This document shows positions 8,816 through 18,582 of a stretch of 57,127 nt of DNA, in pieces. The number at the start of each line of letters is the position of its first letter. The first letter of the stretch is position 1. The stretch comes from Bacteroidales bacterium (GTDB taxonomy: Bacteria; Bacteroidota; Bacteroidia; Bacteroidales; P3), in the NCBI GenBank assembly GCA_017958525.1, contig JAGDCN010000107.1:1-57127 (forward strand). Reading direction: 5' to 3'. The notes under the pieces are model-generated. The model was not told where the DNA came from. It saw nothing but the letters and a program-made list of their open reading frames with translations, and did not search any database. The position numbers and the translations under genes are program-made.

Positions 8816-8847
8816 GGTACGTAGGCGAGAGACTGCGTACCATTTTT
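8816..8847 (+). terminator. Intrinsic terminator after the OmpA-family gene
   Basis: GGTACGTAG-N8-CTGCGTACC hairpin (9 bp including one G-U pair) followed by ATTTTTA. It abuts the convergent NlpC/P60 stop codon. Confidence 0.6.
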
Positions 8848-9451
8848 ACATATTGCTGGCAAACGGAATCTGTGGTGTGATGAGATGTGTGTCACTAAAA
8901 ATGCCTCTACGATATACTGGGATGTTAGCACGTGCGGCAGAGTCATTGGCGGGCAAGTTTGAGGTAACACGGTCTGTGATTCGGCAGGCGCCAATGTAAC
9001 GTTTTTTGTAATATGGTTCGGTGGAATGTGATATAGTGATGCCTGATGAGGTTGCGCTGTGGATAAAATAGAAGCCTTTTTCATCGACAGCTGTAACGAT
9101 ACCAACGTGTCCTATGGATTTGGAGCCTGAACGTCCGCCATAAAAAACAAGGTCGCCTTTGCAGATTTCATCGTTTTTCAATTTGGAACCTGCTTTGTAT
9201 TGCGGAGCAGCAGAGGGTGCCAGTTCTACACCGAACTTGTTGTAGATATACCGTGTGAATCCAGCACAATCAAATCCCTTCGGACTTTTGCCGCCCCAGC
9301 GGTAGGGTATGCCAATGTATTTCATTGCCTCGTCAATGACCATATCGGCTACTGTTGTTGCCGACGAGCGGTAGAGCTGCTGCTGTGCCAGAAATGTTGA
9401 GGGCATTGCAAGCAATAGTATAAGAGTCAATATTTTAGATGCTCTATGCAT
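8846..9451 (-). CDS. NlpC/P60 (C40) family cell-wall peptidase
   Basis: Signal peptide, then YRWGGKSPKGFDCAGFTRYIY (catalytic Cys) and IGHVGI (His). Confidence 0.85.
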   Translation of the reverse strand: MHRASKILTLILLLAMPSTFLAQQQLYRSSATTVADMVIDEAMKYIGIPYRWGGKSPKGFDCAGFTRYIYNKFGVELAPSAAPQYKAGSKLKNDEICKGDLVFYGGRSGSKSIGHVGIVTAVDEKGFYFIHSATSSGITISHSTEPYYKKRYIGACRITDRVTSNLPANDSAARANIPVYRRGIFSDTHLITPQIPFASNM

Positions 9452-9516
9452 TGATTAAAGGCGACAAGGTTAAAGTTTGAAATGTTTTATTCAGATAAGA
9501 TTTATTTTTAAAAATG

Positions 9517-9524
9517 CAAAAATA
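9517..9524 (-). promoter_or_regulatory. -7 promoter box (TATTTTTG) for the NlpC/P60 gene
   Basis: Exact TAnnTTTG match, 66 nt upstream of ATG 9451. Confidence 0.5.
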
Positions 9525-9572
9525 CAAAAAAGAATCCACCCAGTCATCATTCTATGGTGGTTTTAGTTTTTT

Positions 9573-11066
9573 TTAAGAAAGGCTTTGTGTTTCTTCGTGA
9601 TGATTCTCAGTTTTTTCACTCTTTTTCTCCGCGAATACATCGAGGGCTACCACGGCTGCCGTAAAAGCCCAAAACGGCACTGATAATTTATCGGTATCCA
9701 GAAAATTATTGAAGATACCGTGAATATAATAGGTCAGCAGGCTGAGCGTGAAGGCCAGTGCCAAACGAGCTGTTTCGGGGTGCACCGCTTTGCGATAGAC
9801 ATGGACACCGGTGGCAAAAGTAGCAAGGAATATGCTGAGTATCAGTAGTGCACCAGGCACACCCTGTTCGGTGAGGGGACCTATGTATTCACTGTGGGCG
9901 TTGCCACGGTTGCCTGAATTGGTGCTGATTACTGATAACTGATAACTACGTTGATAACTGGCGTAGAGGAACTGATAGGTGCCTGGTCCGCAGCCGAAAA
10001 CTGGGCGTTCCTTGAACATTCGCATCGCTGAAGCCCAGCGGTTTAGTCGTTCCAGATTCGAGGCGTCAGTAGAAATGTTTGATATCGACTTCACTTGTCC
10101 AGAAAGGTCGTAAGAGGAGTCCTGCTTGTTTTTGCCCAGTTTATAAAGCACATCCGACTGATAGACAAAGAAAAGTGAAGTTCCGAGCGCAAAAAGCAGA
10201 ACCATCCAGCGCACCTTCATTCCCATACGGATGGCCAAATAGACACCAATGGCACCTATAACGCTGATCCACGCTGCACGCGAGTAAGAGAAAAAGAGAC
10301 CAATTAGCAGCAACACCATTGCGGAGACAAGCACCGGACGCAGCCACATACTACCTTTGCCAGTATTTTTATCAGGCTTGTCCCCTGCCCTAAGCATATA
10401 GTGGAAAGCTATGGGAGTGAAAAGTGCAATGACACAGCCGTAGGCAGTATGGTCGTTATAGAATGGACGCATCACGCGATGAAGAGTCTGCAGATCGTGA
10501 AAGTTGCCAAGGGTTTTAACGGTGGAAATGATGATGACGACCGCGAGTGAGAGTCCGTAACAGAATACAAGTTGTCGGATACGCTGTGTATTTTGGAAGA
10601 AATGGACGGCAGCGAAGAAAAAGGGGATGACGAACCAGAGTCGTGCTGCGAAATATTTGAAGGAAATTGCAGGCAATTGTGAGGTGGCAGAAGTGACGAC
10701 CATCCAGGCCAACATTGCGAATATGGCGATGGTGACAGGATGACGCAGGATACGACGGTCGTAGCCTGACTCGACAAGTACGCGGAAAATGAACATTAAC
10801 GAGAACAGTATCATCATTGGCTCTACAGGCATTGAGAGTTCCATTCCCGGCATAAGTGCAAAATCAACTGCAAAAGGGGTCAAAAGAGCTGTTACAAGGA
10901 GTCCCGTTTCAAACTTGAGGATGAAGAGTGCCATTACTAATCCCGTCAACGGAAGGAGAAATAGCCAATAAACATCGCGCGAAAGCATAAAGAAATTTAG
11001 CACAAGAAAGGCTGCAGTGACCAACACTGCAACAATAATTGTACTATGTTTCTTTATCTGGAACAA
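9573..11066 (-). CDS. O-antigen ligase / Wzy_C-like polytopic membrane protein
   Basis: 497 aa with at least 10 TM segments and FSYSRAAW followed by a large loop, typical of Wzy_C/O-antigen-ligase proteins. The annotated start is TTG, so the start is uncertain. Confidence 0.65.
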   Translation of the reverse strand: MFQIKKHSTIIVAVLVTAAFLVLNFFMLSRDVYWLFLLPLTGLVMALFILKFETGLLVTALLTPFAVDFALMPGMELSMPVEPMMILFSLMFIFRVLVESGYDRRILRHPVTIAIFAMLAWMVVTSATSQLPAISFKYFAARLWFVIPFFFAAVHFFQNTQRIRQLVFCYGLSLAVVIIISTVKTLGNFHDLQTLHRVMRPFYNDHTAYGCVIALFTPIAFHYMLRAGDKPDKNTGKGSMWLRPVLVSAMVLLLIGLFFSYSRAAWISVIGAIGVYLAIRMGMKVRWMVLLFALGTSLFFVYQSDVLYKLGKNKQDSSYDLSGQVKSISNISTDASNLERLNRWASAMRMFKERPVFGCGPGTYQFLYASYQRSYQLSVISTNSGNRGNAHSEYIGPLTEQGVPGALLILSIFLATFATGVHVYRKAVHPETARLALAFTLSLLTYYIHGIFNNFLDTDKLSVPFWAFTAAVVALDVFAEKKSEKTENHHEETQSLS

Positions 11067-11085
11067 TTTATAATAAGTTGAATTG

Positions 11086-11976
11086 TCAATGCTTATTGTT
11101 CGGTAATTCGTTATTGTCTTTGTCTGTTTTTGCTATGTCGGCAATCAATAGAATGAGAATGCAGAGTGCTAAAGCTCCGAAGGTGCCGAGCAGTACAATG
11201 ACGGCACGTTTGGGATAAGCTTTCTTGTCGGCGGGGGTGGCCTTGTCTAGCCAGAACTTGTAACTTACCGGGCGTGCCATATCGACCTTAGTTTGCGACA
11301 TACGGGTCTGTATTTCGGCTAGTTCTTGGGTTTTATTACTGATAAGTTCAGAAACGCCGAAGCGGCTTTTGTCTTTGCGCAGTGTGTCTTCAAGCGACCG
11401 GATGTCAGCTTCGAGTTCAGCACAAACATCTTCCATAATCAAGTATGCGTCGCGTGAGCGGTCCTGCTGGATGCGGCTGGTAAGAGTGTCATAGTTCGAT
11501 GCCATAAAGTTGGCTATGTCGGCAGCCCACTGCGGATCGACATCAAGTACTGATATTTCGACACCGAGGAATTCTGTGCGTTTGACACTGACGTTACTAC
11601 GATAGGCTTCGTGCAGTTTAAACAGTTTCTGTGGGTCGTTTGGGCTGATGCCGTAGTGTTCCATCATATTGAAGCGACTACAAACATCGTCCTCCATTGA
11701 CTGTGAAATGAGAATTTGAATTGCATATTCACAGTCTCGTTCAATACCGTAGTCCATATAGTCTAGACTGTAGCGATCGGCTAAGATGGCTTTCGATAGG
11801 CGGTTAGAACTAGTCGGAAACAGTATTGCCGACGATTTGAAACGTGGAGTAACCAGAAGTGATGCAACCACCGAAACGGCTGCAGCTATAACAAAGACAA
11901 TGGTAAGCAGTTTCCAGTGCCGTTTAAAAAAATTCATTGTGTTCTTGAATTCGTAATTGTTGCCTAATTCGTTCAT
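11086..11976 (-). CDS. Wzz-like polysaccharide chain-length determinant (PCP) protein
   Basis: 296 aa. N-terminal TM followed by PRFKSSAILFP, a coiled central region and a C-terminal TM give classic PCP topology. Confidence 0.6.
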   Translation of the reverse strand: MNELGNNYEFKNTMNFFKRHWKLLTIVFVIAAAVSVVASLLVTPRFKSSAILFPTSSNRLSKAILADRYSLDYMDYGIERDCEYAIQILISQSMEDDVCSRFNMMEHYGISPNDPQKLFKLHEAYRSNVSVKRTEFLGVEISVLDVDPQWAADIANFMASNYDTLTSRIQQDRSRDAYLIMEDVCAELEADIRSLEDTLRKDKSRFGVSELISNKTQELAEIQTRMSQTKVDMARPVSYKFWLDKATPADKKAYPKRAVIVLLGTFGALALCILILLIADIAKTDKDNNELPNNKH

Positions 11977-12100
11977 ATTGTGTAATTTTATTAATTCATT
12001 TATTTAAGAAACCTCTGACGGAGTATTATTTTATGGTAAAGAATGTTTAATTATTTAAAAGACAACTCCTTCGGGGTATTTTCGAGGGCATCTTTTACTT

Positions 12101-13342
12101 TCACCATCTCATCGGTTCTGTTTCAGTTTTGTATTCAAGCCCTTTTTCGGGACGTGAGCAGTTGCTTATATTGTTTTGAATGCTGTCGATTTGAGCCTGT
12201 GTCATCGGGATACCGTCATCATCAATGAATCTTTTTTTCCAGTAAGGGAAGGCAGATGCAAGGTCGCCAGAATAGTAGAAGTCGAAGCCAATGGCTCCAA
12301 ATGTATAGAGTTGGCCGTTGACGCTGATGTGTGAACCTCCGCATCGTGGTGCATCGTGGGGATGCGACTGCGAGAAGCCTACATTGAAGAGGGTACAGAG
12401 AATATCAGGTCTGTCAGAGATGTCAAACCCAGCACGCCGCCATTGTAGCATAGTTTGATGAAGGATGCATCCGGTATATATATAGGAATAAAGGTGGTTG
12501 CGGTAATCCACCAATCGGTTGTAGCGTTCCATCTCAGGATTGTCGGTCTTGAAATCAAGCAGGTTTTCGTAGTGTTTGCCCATATAAAATTCAGAGGATG
12601 TATCTTTCAGATGGGTTTCAACGGCTTTGGCAGTATGCTCTTTGATGCCATTGACGCCATAGGAAAACTGAGACTGTACGGAAAGCATTTTTACAGGTCC
12701 CAGGTATTTCTTAACCATCTCGCGATTACTATTAAAGAGACGGATTTGTTCACCTACCAGACAAGCAACTATCAGACGTGGCTCTACACCAGTCAAGCGC
12801 CCAGCTTCTATCAGCAATGCACTGTCTTTCAGTATCGATGGTTTCAGCATTTCCCATTCGGTCGTGGCCATCCAGGGTATTAGTGTTGGTGACTGCATTG
12901 CCTGACGGCTGTCATAGACTTGCTTCAACTGCTTGAGGAACTGGTTGTAAGCATCACTGCTGTCGGTATATAGCGATGCGGCCGAAATCATTCTATCAAC
13001 TACCAGCGGGTTGTTGCTCTGTTCTGCCGCTTCGAGCATTAAATGGGCATTTTCAGGATAAAATTTACCAAAGGCAGCCAATTTTAAATATTGTTCCAGC
13101 CAAATTGCGTTGCGTTGCTGAGGTGTCAATTCAGCATCTTCAAGCTCTTCTAGTTCAGCAACGCTCATCAAGTAGCGATAGTTCTCATCCACCCCACCCT
13201 TGTTGTTGGTTAGTCCCAGTTTGAATATTACCCACGCTGCTATGATGCCGAAGCCAGCAAGGGCAAAAACATAGACAACAACGTTGAATATACGCCGACC
13301 AAGTGGGGGCTTTATGGTTTGTTTGGCTTTAGGGTTCTGCAT
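12101..13342 (-). CDS. Hypothetical N-terminally membrane-anchored protein
   Basis: 413 aa with one N-terminal TM (FNVVVYVFALAGFGIIAAWVIF). I recognised no family. It is co-oriented and tightly spaced with the Wzz-like and Wzy_C-like genes. Confidence 0.6.
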   Translation of the reverse strand: MQNPKAKQTIKPPLGRRIFNVVVYVFALAGFGIIAAWVIFKLGLTNNKGGVDENYRYLMSVAELEELEDAELTPQQRNAIWLEQYLKLAAFGKFYPENAHLMLEAAEQSNNPLVVDRMISAASLYTDSSDAYNQFLKQLKQVYDSRQAMQSPTLIPWMATTEWEMLKPSILKDSALLIEAGRLTGVEPRLIVACLVGEQIRLFNSNREMVKKYLGPVKMLSVQSQFSYGVNGIKEHTAKAVETHLKDTSSEFYMGKHYENLLDFKTDNPEMERYNRLVDYRNHLYSYIYTGCILHQTMLQWRRAGFDISDRPDILCTLFNVGFSQSHPHDAPRCGGSHISVNGQLYTFGAIGFDFYYSGDLASAFPYWKKRFIDDDGIPMTQAQIDSIQNNISNCSRPEKGLEYKTETEPMRW

Positions 13343-13372
13343 TTCAGTTGTTTCGCAGAATTGAATTGTAGT

Positions 13373-14776
13373 TTAACAATAGTATTTCAGAGGATTGGCA
13401 CCGGGAAAATACGCCAAATTACGGAGGAACTCAACCTTCTCGAAAAGAGTAACATCCATAATAACAAAAACGATGGCACCAGCTATATAGCCGATAAAGG
13501 CGAGAAGTGTGATTTTCTTGAGATACCATATGAAATCTATTTTCTCCATTCCCATCACGGCAACACCTGCAGCCGATCCGATGATGAGCAGGCTTCCGCC
13601 AGTACCGGCACAATATGCCAAGAACTCCCAAAATGGATGATTGACGGCAAAGATAACCTCCTCACCGGAAATGGGATACATACCTTGAACGGCGGCTACC
13701 AACGGCACGTTATCGACAATGGATGAGAGTACGCCGATAATAAGATCGATCAGGAAGAATCCAACCACCTCGTCGCCAATATGCATATTGAGGAAGGTAT
13801 CATTTAGACCCTGGGCCACATTGCCAAGGATGCCGGCAACCTTCAAACAGGCTACGGCCATCAATATACCAAGAAAGAACAGAATAGTAGGTACATCGAC
13901 GTGTTCTAAAGTGCTGACAGCGGTAGGTAATTTTGCATTATCCTTGGAGTATTTACGGCTTAATATCTCAGTGGTGATCCAAAGCACCGACAGGCCTAGC
14001 AGCATACCCAGATATGGAGGAAGATGTGTGATTGTCTTGAAGATAGGAACGAAGACCAGTGCACATACACCCATAATCAGCACTATCATACGGAAGCGCT
14101 GTGGTACCTGGAAGCCCTCGTTACTGCTTTCGGGACGCTCTATGTCGCCTTTTAGCGTATAACCAATCAACCAAACCGGTACAGCCATACAGGCCAAGCT
14201 AGCCAAGAGGGTTTTGACAATGATGTTGACCGTTGTCACTTCGCCCTTGATCCAGAGCATAATGGTCGTAACATCGCCAATGGGGCTCCATGCGCCGCCA
14301 GCGTTGGCGGCCAGGATAACCATACCGGCAAAAAGCCAGCGCTCTTTCTGGTCAGCAATCAGCTTGCGTAACAGTGCCACCATAACGATAGCAGTTGTCA
14401 TATTGTCAAGCAATGCCGACAGGAAGAATGTTAGTATCGAAATGATCCACAGCAATTTCTTCTTGTTAGTTGTCTTGATTTTGTCTGTGATAATGGTGAA
14501 ACCTTGATAATCTTCAATCAAAGTCACGATCGTCATAGCACCAAGTAGGAAGAAGACGATTTCAGCCGTTTCGCCAAGGTTTTCAATCAGATTGGAACTG
14601 ACGAACTGGCGGTAAGTTTCTAAATCCACACCGGATGCCAGATTAAACGCATTGTATATGGCCCACGTCAGCACGCCGAGCAGCAATGCCGTTGCCGTTT
14701 TATTGACTTTAAGCGGATGTTCGAGCGCAATGCAGGCGTATCCGATGATAAATACTGTTACAAGTGTTACAACCAT
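13373..14776 (-). CDS. NhaD/ArsB-superfamily Na+/H+ antiporter
   Basis: 467 aa polytopic protein. The N-terminus IGYACIALEHPLKVNKTATALLLGVLTW is typical of NhaD. Confidence 0.75.
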   Translation of the reverse strand: MVVTLVTVFIIGYACIALEHPLKVNKTATALLLGVLTWAIYNAFNLASGVDLETYRQFVSSNLIENLGETAEIVFFLLGAMTIVTLIEDYQGFTIITDKIKTTNKKKLLWIISILTFFLSALLDNMTTAIVMVALLRKLIADQKERWLFAGMVILAANAGGAWSPIGDVTTIMLWIKGEVTTVNIIVKTLLASLACMAVPVWLIGYTLKGDIERPESSNEGFQVPQRFRMIVLIMGVCALVFVPIFKTITHLPPYLGMLLGLSVLWITTEILSRKYSKDNAKLPTAVSTLEHVDVPTILFFLGILMAVACLKVAGILGNVAQGLNDTFLNMHIGDEVVGFFLIDLIIGVLSSIVDNVPLVAAVQGMYPISGEEVIFAVNHPFWEFLAYCAGTGGSLLIIGSAAGVAVMGMEKIDFIWYLKKITLLAFIGYIAGAIVFVIMDVTLFEKVEFLRNLAYFPGANPLKYYC

Positions 14777-14862
14777 TTTATATTATTGTTTTATAGTTTT
14801 ATTTTTCAATGTTTAGTGACTGATGCGTCAGCAAACTAATACTATTTTTGCTAATTAACAAA

Positions 14863-16866
14863 TTATCTGCGTTGTTTCTGCATTTCCTCGCTCATTCGCT
14901 GCATTTCTTCCAAACGTTGTTGAAACTTTGATTTTTTCTGTGGTTTGCCTTTGCCGGCAGCCTCAGCTCTTGCCATCTTGGCACGCACCTTATCTTCAGT
15001 CATTATAGCACGGATACCAAACATCTGGGCCATAGAGAGCAACAGGTTGAAGAAGTAATAAATATTCAATGCTGCTGACTGGCTGTTGAATATAAAGAGC
15101 ATCATAAATGGCATAAAGTACATCATAAACTTCATACCTGGCATAGACGCTTGGCCCTGCTGCTGTTTCATTGTATATATTGTGTAAAGGAACTGCATAG
15201 CAAACATCAGCAGACAGAATAAGCTGATATGATCGCCATATAGCGGTATGTTGAACGGCAGGTCAAGGATGGAATCGTAGCTTGAAAGGTCGTTGCACCA
15301 TAGGAAAGGCTGCTGACGCAACTCAATCGATGCGGGATAGAAGCGGAACATTGCATAAATGATAGGCAACTGGAGCAAAAGAGGCAGACAGCCCGCCATC
15401 GGGTTGATACCAGCCTTACGCTGCAACTGGCTCATTGCTTGCTGTTTCTGCATAGCCTGTTCCTGCTTGGGGAATTTCTTGTTGATGGCATCCATCTCTG
15501 GTTTCAAGTGGCGCATCACGGCACCTGTCTTGTAACTGTTCCACGTCAACGGCGATATGACAATCTTCAAGAGCAGAGTCAAAACAATGATAATAATACC
15601 GTAGTTCCAGCCAAAACCCTCTAGAAAGTTGAACACGGGGATGATGGCGAAACGGCTTACCCACTGCGTCAAGAAGAATCCCCAACCCAATGGTAGAATG
15701 CGCTCAAATCCACGGTCCATATCCCTTAAAAGACGATATTTGTTGGGACCGTAGTACATACGCATATCGATTGAGTAGTTGTCGCTTATTGCGTCATAGT
15801 CAACACCCAGCGAACTGCTCATATCGCACAGGTAGCTGTCGCTGTCGTTGCCACGGTCGGTGCTGACTTGCAGTTTCTGTGCATTGCGGAAACCATTCTC
15901 CGACATCAGTATGGCACAGAAAAACTGCTGTTTGTATGCCACCCAGTCGATAGGCGTGGTTATTTGTTTCTCATCATCGCGACCATCTTTCAGACAGTCA
16001 GGATTGTCGCCACTATTCTTGTAGTATAGAGTGGTGTAGAAACGCTCGCTGTCCTTGTTGCGATTTGCATTTCGTCCTTTCTGACTGCGATCGAACTGCT
16101 CTTGGCGATTCAGCGAATTCTGCCAGTTAAGCGTCAAATTTGGCGTAACGCTCACATAATCCTTTATGTTATGGAAATTGACATCGAAATCGACCTCATA
16201 GCTGTCGTCGTAAAAAACATAGCGGAACTCCAAGTAGGCTTCCACGTTAACAGCCATTGAATCAGAAGGACTGACAAAAGCCCTAAAACTCAGTGTTAAA
16301 GAATCGTCCTCTGGTACAGTCAATTCAGTACTTCCTGTTAGACGCTCACCGTTAACATAAGCGGCGAAAGGTATCATCTTGGTGTTAATCACATCATTGT
16401 GCGAGTCAACAAAAACCATGTCAAGGTTATTGGCGTTTGGAGTAACGATTTCCAGAGGACCGTCGCCAAACGTTTTGTATTCACTCAACACAACTTTTTG
16501 AACCGATGCACCCAGACTCTTCAAGTCCGTAGTCATCTTCTTGTTGGTAACCTTCACCGTCATCCGCTGGTTTCCGTTGTTGGGTTCGAATTGACCCAAG
16601 TTGATCTTCATTGCGGAAGCAAGGGCTGCACCGGTACTGTCGTTAATTGACGTATCTGTCATAGCCAGCTGATATAGCGAGTCTTGCAAATACTTCTGTT
16701 CAGCTTCGGCACGTGCCAGCGAGTCGGCGCGCATACGTTCCACATACATTAATGAATCCTGATGTCTGCGGGCGGCAATTTCTTCGTCGCTGGGTTTAAT
16801 CCAGAACATATAGCCCAGGAAAATCAGGAAAATCAGTACCAGTCCAACTATTGATTTTTTGTCCAT
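14863..16866 (-). CDS. yidC: Membrane protein insertase YidC (long Bacteroidetes form)
   Basis: 667 aa. N-terminal TM, large periplasmic domain, conserved C-terminal core (NPMAGCLPLLLQLPI) and a basic tail. Confidence 0.9.
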   Translation of the reverse strand: MDKKSIVGLVLIFLIFLGYMFWIKPSDEEIAARRHQDSLMYVERMRADSLARAEAEQKYLQDSLYQLAMTDTSINDSTGAALASAMKINLGQFEPNNGNQRMTVKVTNKKMTTDLKSLGASVQKVVLSEYKTFGDGPLEIVTPNANNLDMVFVDSHNDVINTKMIPFAAYVNGERLTGSTELTVPEDDSLTLSFRAFVSPSDSMAVNVEAYLEFRYVFYDDSYEVDFDVNFHNIKDYVSVTPNLTLNWQNSLNRQEQFDRSQKGRNANRNKDSERFYTTLYYKNSGDNPDCLKDGRDDEKQITTPIDWVAYKQQFFCAILMSENGFRNAQKLQVSTDRGNDSDSYLCDMSSSLGVDYDAISDNYSIDMRMYYGPNKYRLLRDMDRGFERILPLGWGFFLTQWVSRFAIIPVFNFLEGFGWNYGIIIIVLTLLLKIVISPLTWNSYKTGAVMRHLKPEMDAINKKFPKQEQAMQKQQAMSQLQRKAGINPMAGCLPLLLQLPIIYAMFRFYPASIELRQQPFLWCNDLSSYDSILDLPFNIPLYGDHISLFCLLMFAMQFLYTIYTMKQQQGQASMPGMKFMMYFMPFMMLFIFNSQSAALNIYYFFNLLLSMAQMFGIRAIMTEDKVRAKMARAEAAGKGKPQKKSKFQQRLEEMQRMSEEMQKQRR

Positions 16867-16929
16867 ATATGGTTTAATATATTAAAATTCTGCTTATTAA
16901 ATAATAATTACAACTTGTTTTTAAAATTA

Positions 16930-16937
16930 CAAATTTA
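16930..16937 (-). promoter_or_regulatory. -7 promoter box (TAAATTTG) for yidC
   Basis: Exact TAnnTTTG match, 64 nt upstream of ATG 16866. Confidence 0.5.
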
Positions 16938-17118
16938 CACAATTTTATTGATAAATATAAAAATAAAACAAACAATGTAAAAAAGTTCAAAATAATGAAT
17001 GTTTAGTTCTTTTTTGTGTTATGTCGAATGGCAAAAAGTGGTGACAGTCGTTTTGTGGGGTTACGGAAGATAAAAACATATATACAAAACAAAAAGACTA
17101 TCAACAAGTTGATCCTGC

Positions 17119-17149
17119 AAAAAAAACTGGTAATTGTATGAGATTACCA
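17119..17149 (-). terminator. Intrinsic terminator (minus strand)
   Basis: TGGTAAT-N8-ATTACCA hairpin followed by a U8 run on the minus strand. Confidence 0.65.
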
Positions 17150-17206
17150 AGCGTGACATTAAGACAAGTCGCTATGGGTTCAAAGTTCAGGAATTTCTGT
17201 AATAAC

Positions 17207-17232
17207 AAAAGGGGGTACACAATGGTATCCCC
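17207..17232 (-). terminator. Intrinsic terminator-like hairpin (minus strand)
   Basis: Minus strand reads GGGG(A)UAC-N6-GUACCCC followed by CUUUUGUUAUU. Confidence 0.5.
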
Positions 17233-17290
17233 TTATTGTTGAGCAACGGACTGATACCGCAATTCCGCTCGGTGGAATGACTTCCGATTG

Positions 17291-17298
17291 CAAAAGTA
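17291..17298 (-). promoter_or_regulatory. -7 promoter box (TACTTTTG) in a non-coding interval
   Basis: Exact TAnnTTTG match on the minus strand, with no CDS downstream before the two terminators. Confidence 0.3.
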
Positions 17299-17390
17299 CA
17301 ACTTAATTTCGTTCTACCAAAATGCTTTTTCGTTTTGTTTATAATCTATTACAGAACAACCTTTTAAAGTATCGAATTTATAAAGTATAA

Positions 17391-17804
17391 CTATAATCCT
17401 GTCGAAAAATATTGTATCTGTTCGGCAATTTTGTCTAGTGCAGGACGAAGTTTTGGTTTAAGCATCATTGTCATCATCGGATTGCCGCCTTCAATTTCAG
17501 CACGAACAACCACATCGCATTCATTGTCGCTCATTGGAGTGATGCACATCACAAAACGGAAAGGCAGCGGCGAGGAGCTTCCTGACGCCGGCGAAATGGC
17601 AACGGTTGTATAAGGGTTGCGCTCGGCATACTGAAGGGTCAGCTGCACAAAGCCGCCCACTATGAACGAGCAAGTGTTGCCGTCAGTTTGGAAGTCTTCA
17701 ACCTGAGGCGGAAGCATTCTTTGAAAATTGCGGAAGTCACAAGCAAAATTATAAAGTTTTTCCGCACTGCACTGTGCCGTAACTTTCTTTGATTCGGTAG
17801 TCAT
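17391..17804 (-). CDS. SRPBCC-superfamily (CoxG/polyketide-cyclase-like) small protein
   Basis: 137 aa. The size and the N-terminal pattern (VTAQCSAEKLYNFACDFRNFQRMLP) resemble SRPBCC ligand-binding domains. This is a weak call. Confidence 0.45.
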   Translation of the reverse strand: MTTESKKVTAQCSAEKLYNFACDFRNFQRMLPPQVEDFQTDGNTCSFIVGGFVQLTLQYAERNPYTTVAISPASGSSSPLPFRFVMCITPMSDNECDVVVRAEIEGGNPMMTMMLKPKLRPALDKIAEQIQYFSTGL

Positions 17805-17853
17805 ATAATAACGTTGAAGGTTGAACTTTTAAACAACAATTTGTTTTCACGTT

Positions 17854-18498
17854 TCACCCCATATGCTGTTCCGACCACAGTTCGGGATTCTCGCGCCAAG
17901 TCTTGAGCGATTCAAGATCCTTCTCCATAATATACTCTTGCTCACAGGCTACTTTGATTAGAGCATCATAGTTAGTCAGCGTGTGCAATTCGACATTGGC
18001 ATCGGCAAAATTCTTTTCTGCAACAGCAAGTCCATAGGTGAAAATGGCCACCATACCCTTCACTTTGCATCCTTTGTCACGCAAGGCGTGGACAGCAATC
18101 AGCGAACTCTTGCCAGTCGAAACAAGATCCTCGACAACAACAACGGTCTGTCCGCTATGTATTTCACCCTCAATCTGATTTGTAAGACCGTGCTTCTTCT
18201 CTTCAGAACGGACATAAACAAATGGCTTGCCAAGCTCCTGCGCCACGAGCGCGCCCTGGGCAATGCCACCGGTTGCAACACCGGCAATGACATCGACATC
18301 CCCAAAACATTCGTTAATGATATCAACGAAACGCTGACGAATAAATGTTCTGATTTCAGGATATGATAATGTTACGCGGTTGTCGCAATAAATTGGCGAT
18401 TTGCGTCCCGATGCCCAGGTAAAAGGGTTGTCATTGTTCAATTTTACAGCTTTCACTTGAAGCAGGAAAGTACTTGTTTGTTCAGCAATTTCGTTCAT
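17854..18498 (-). CDS. pyrE: Orotate phosphoribosyltransferase
   Basis: 214 aa with the PRPP-binding motif VVVVEDLVSTGKSS and GVATGGIAQGALVA. Confidence 0.9.
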   Translation of the reverse strand: MNEIAEQTSTFLLQVKAVKLNNDNPFTWASGRKSPIYCDNRVTLSYPEIRTFIRQRFVDIINECFGDVDVIAGVATGGIAQGALVAQELGKPFVYVRSEEKKHGLTNQIEGEIHSGQTVVVVEDLVSTGKSSLIAVHALRDKGCKVKGMVAIFTYGLAVAEKNFADANVELHTLTNYDALIKVACEQEYIMEKDLESLKTWRENPELWSEQHMG

Positions 18499-18532
18499 TT
18501 TCTCGCTTGTTCTATGTTATAAATTTAAAACG

Positions 18533-18540
18533 CAAAAATA
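18533..18540 (-). promoter_or_regulatory. -7 promoter box (TATTTTTG) for pyrE
   Basis: Exact TAnnTTTG match, 35 nt upstream of ATG 18498. Confidence 0.5.
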
Positions 18541-18582
18541 CAACTTTTTATCGTTTAAGAGACATTTTTTTTGCACTTTTTA

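Larger units (their letters stand above)
17119..17285 (-). ncRNA. Candidate small RNA, or long structured 3' UTR of the upstream SRPBCC gene
   Basis: A TACTTTTG -7 box at 17291-17298 lies upstream of about 80 nt ending at the first hairpin, or about 165 nt ending at the second hairpin with U8. The interval has no ORF. This is structural inference only. Confidence 0.25.

Noticed and set aside
14843-14850. TATTTTTG -7 box on the plus strand pointing antisense into the 3' end of yidC
   Set aside because: There is no downstream plus-strand ORF or terminator. A single 8-mer match in AT-rich spacer DNA is expected by chance.
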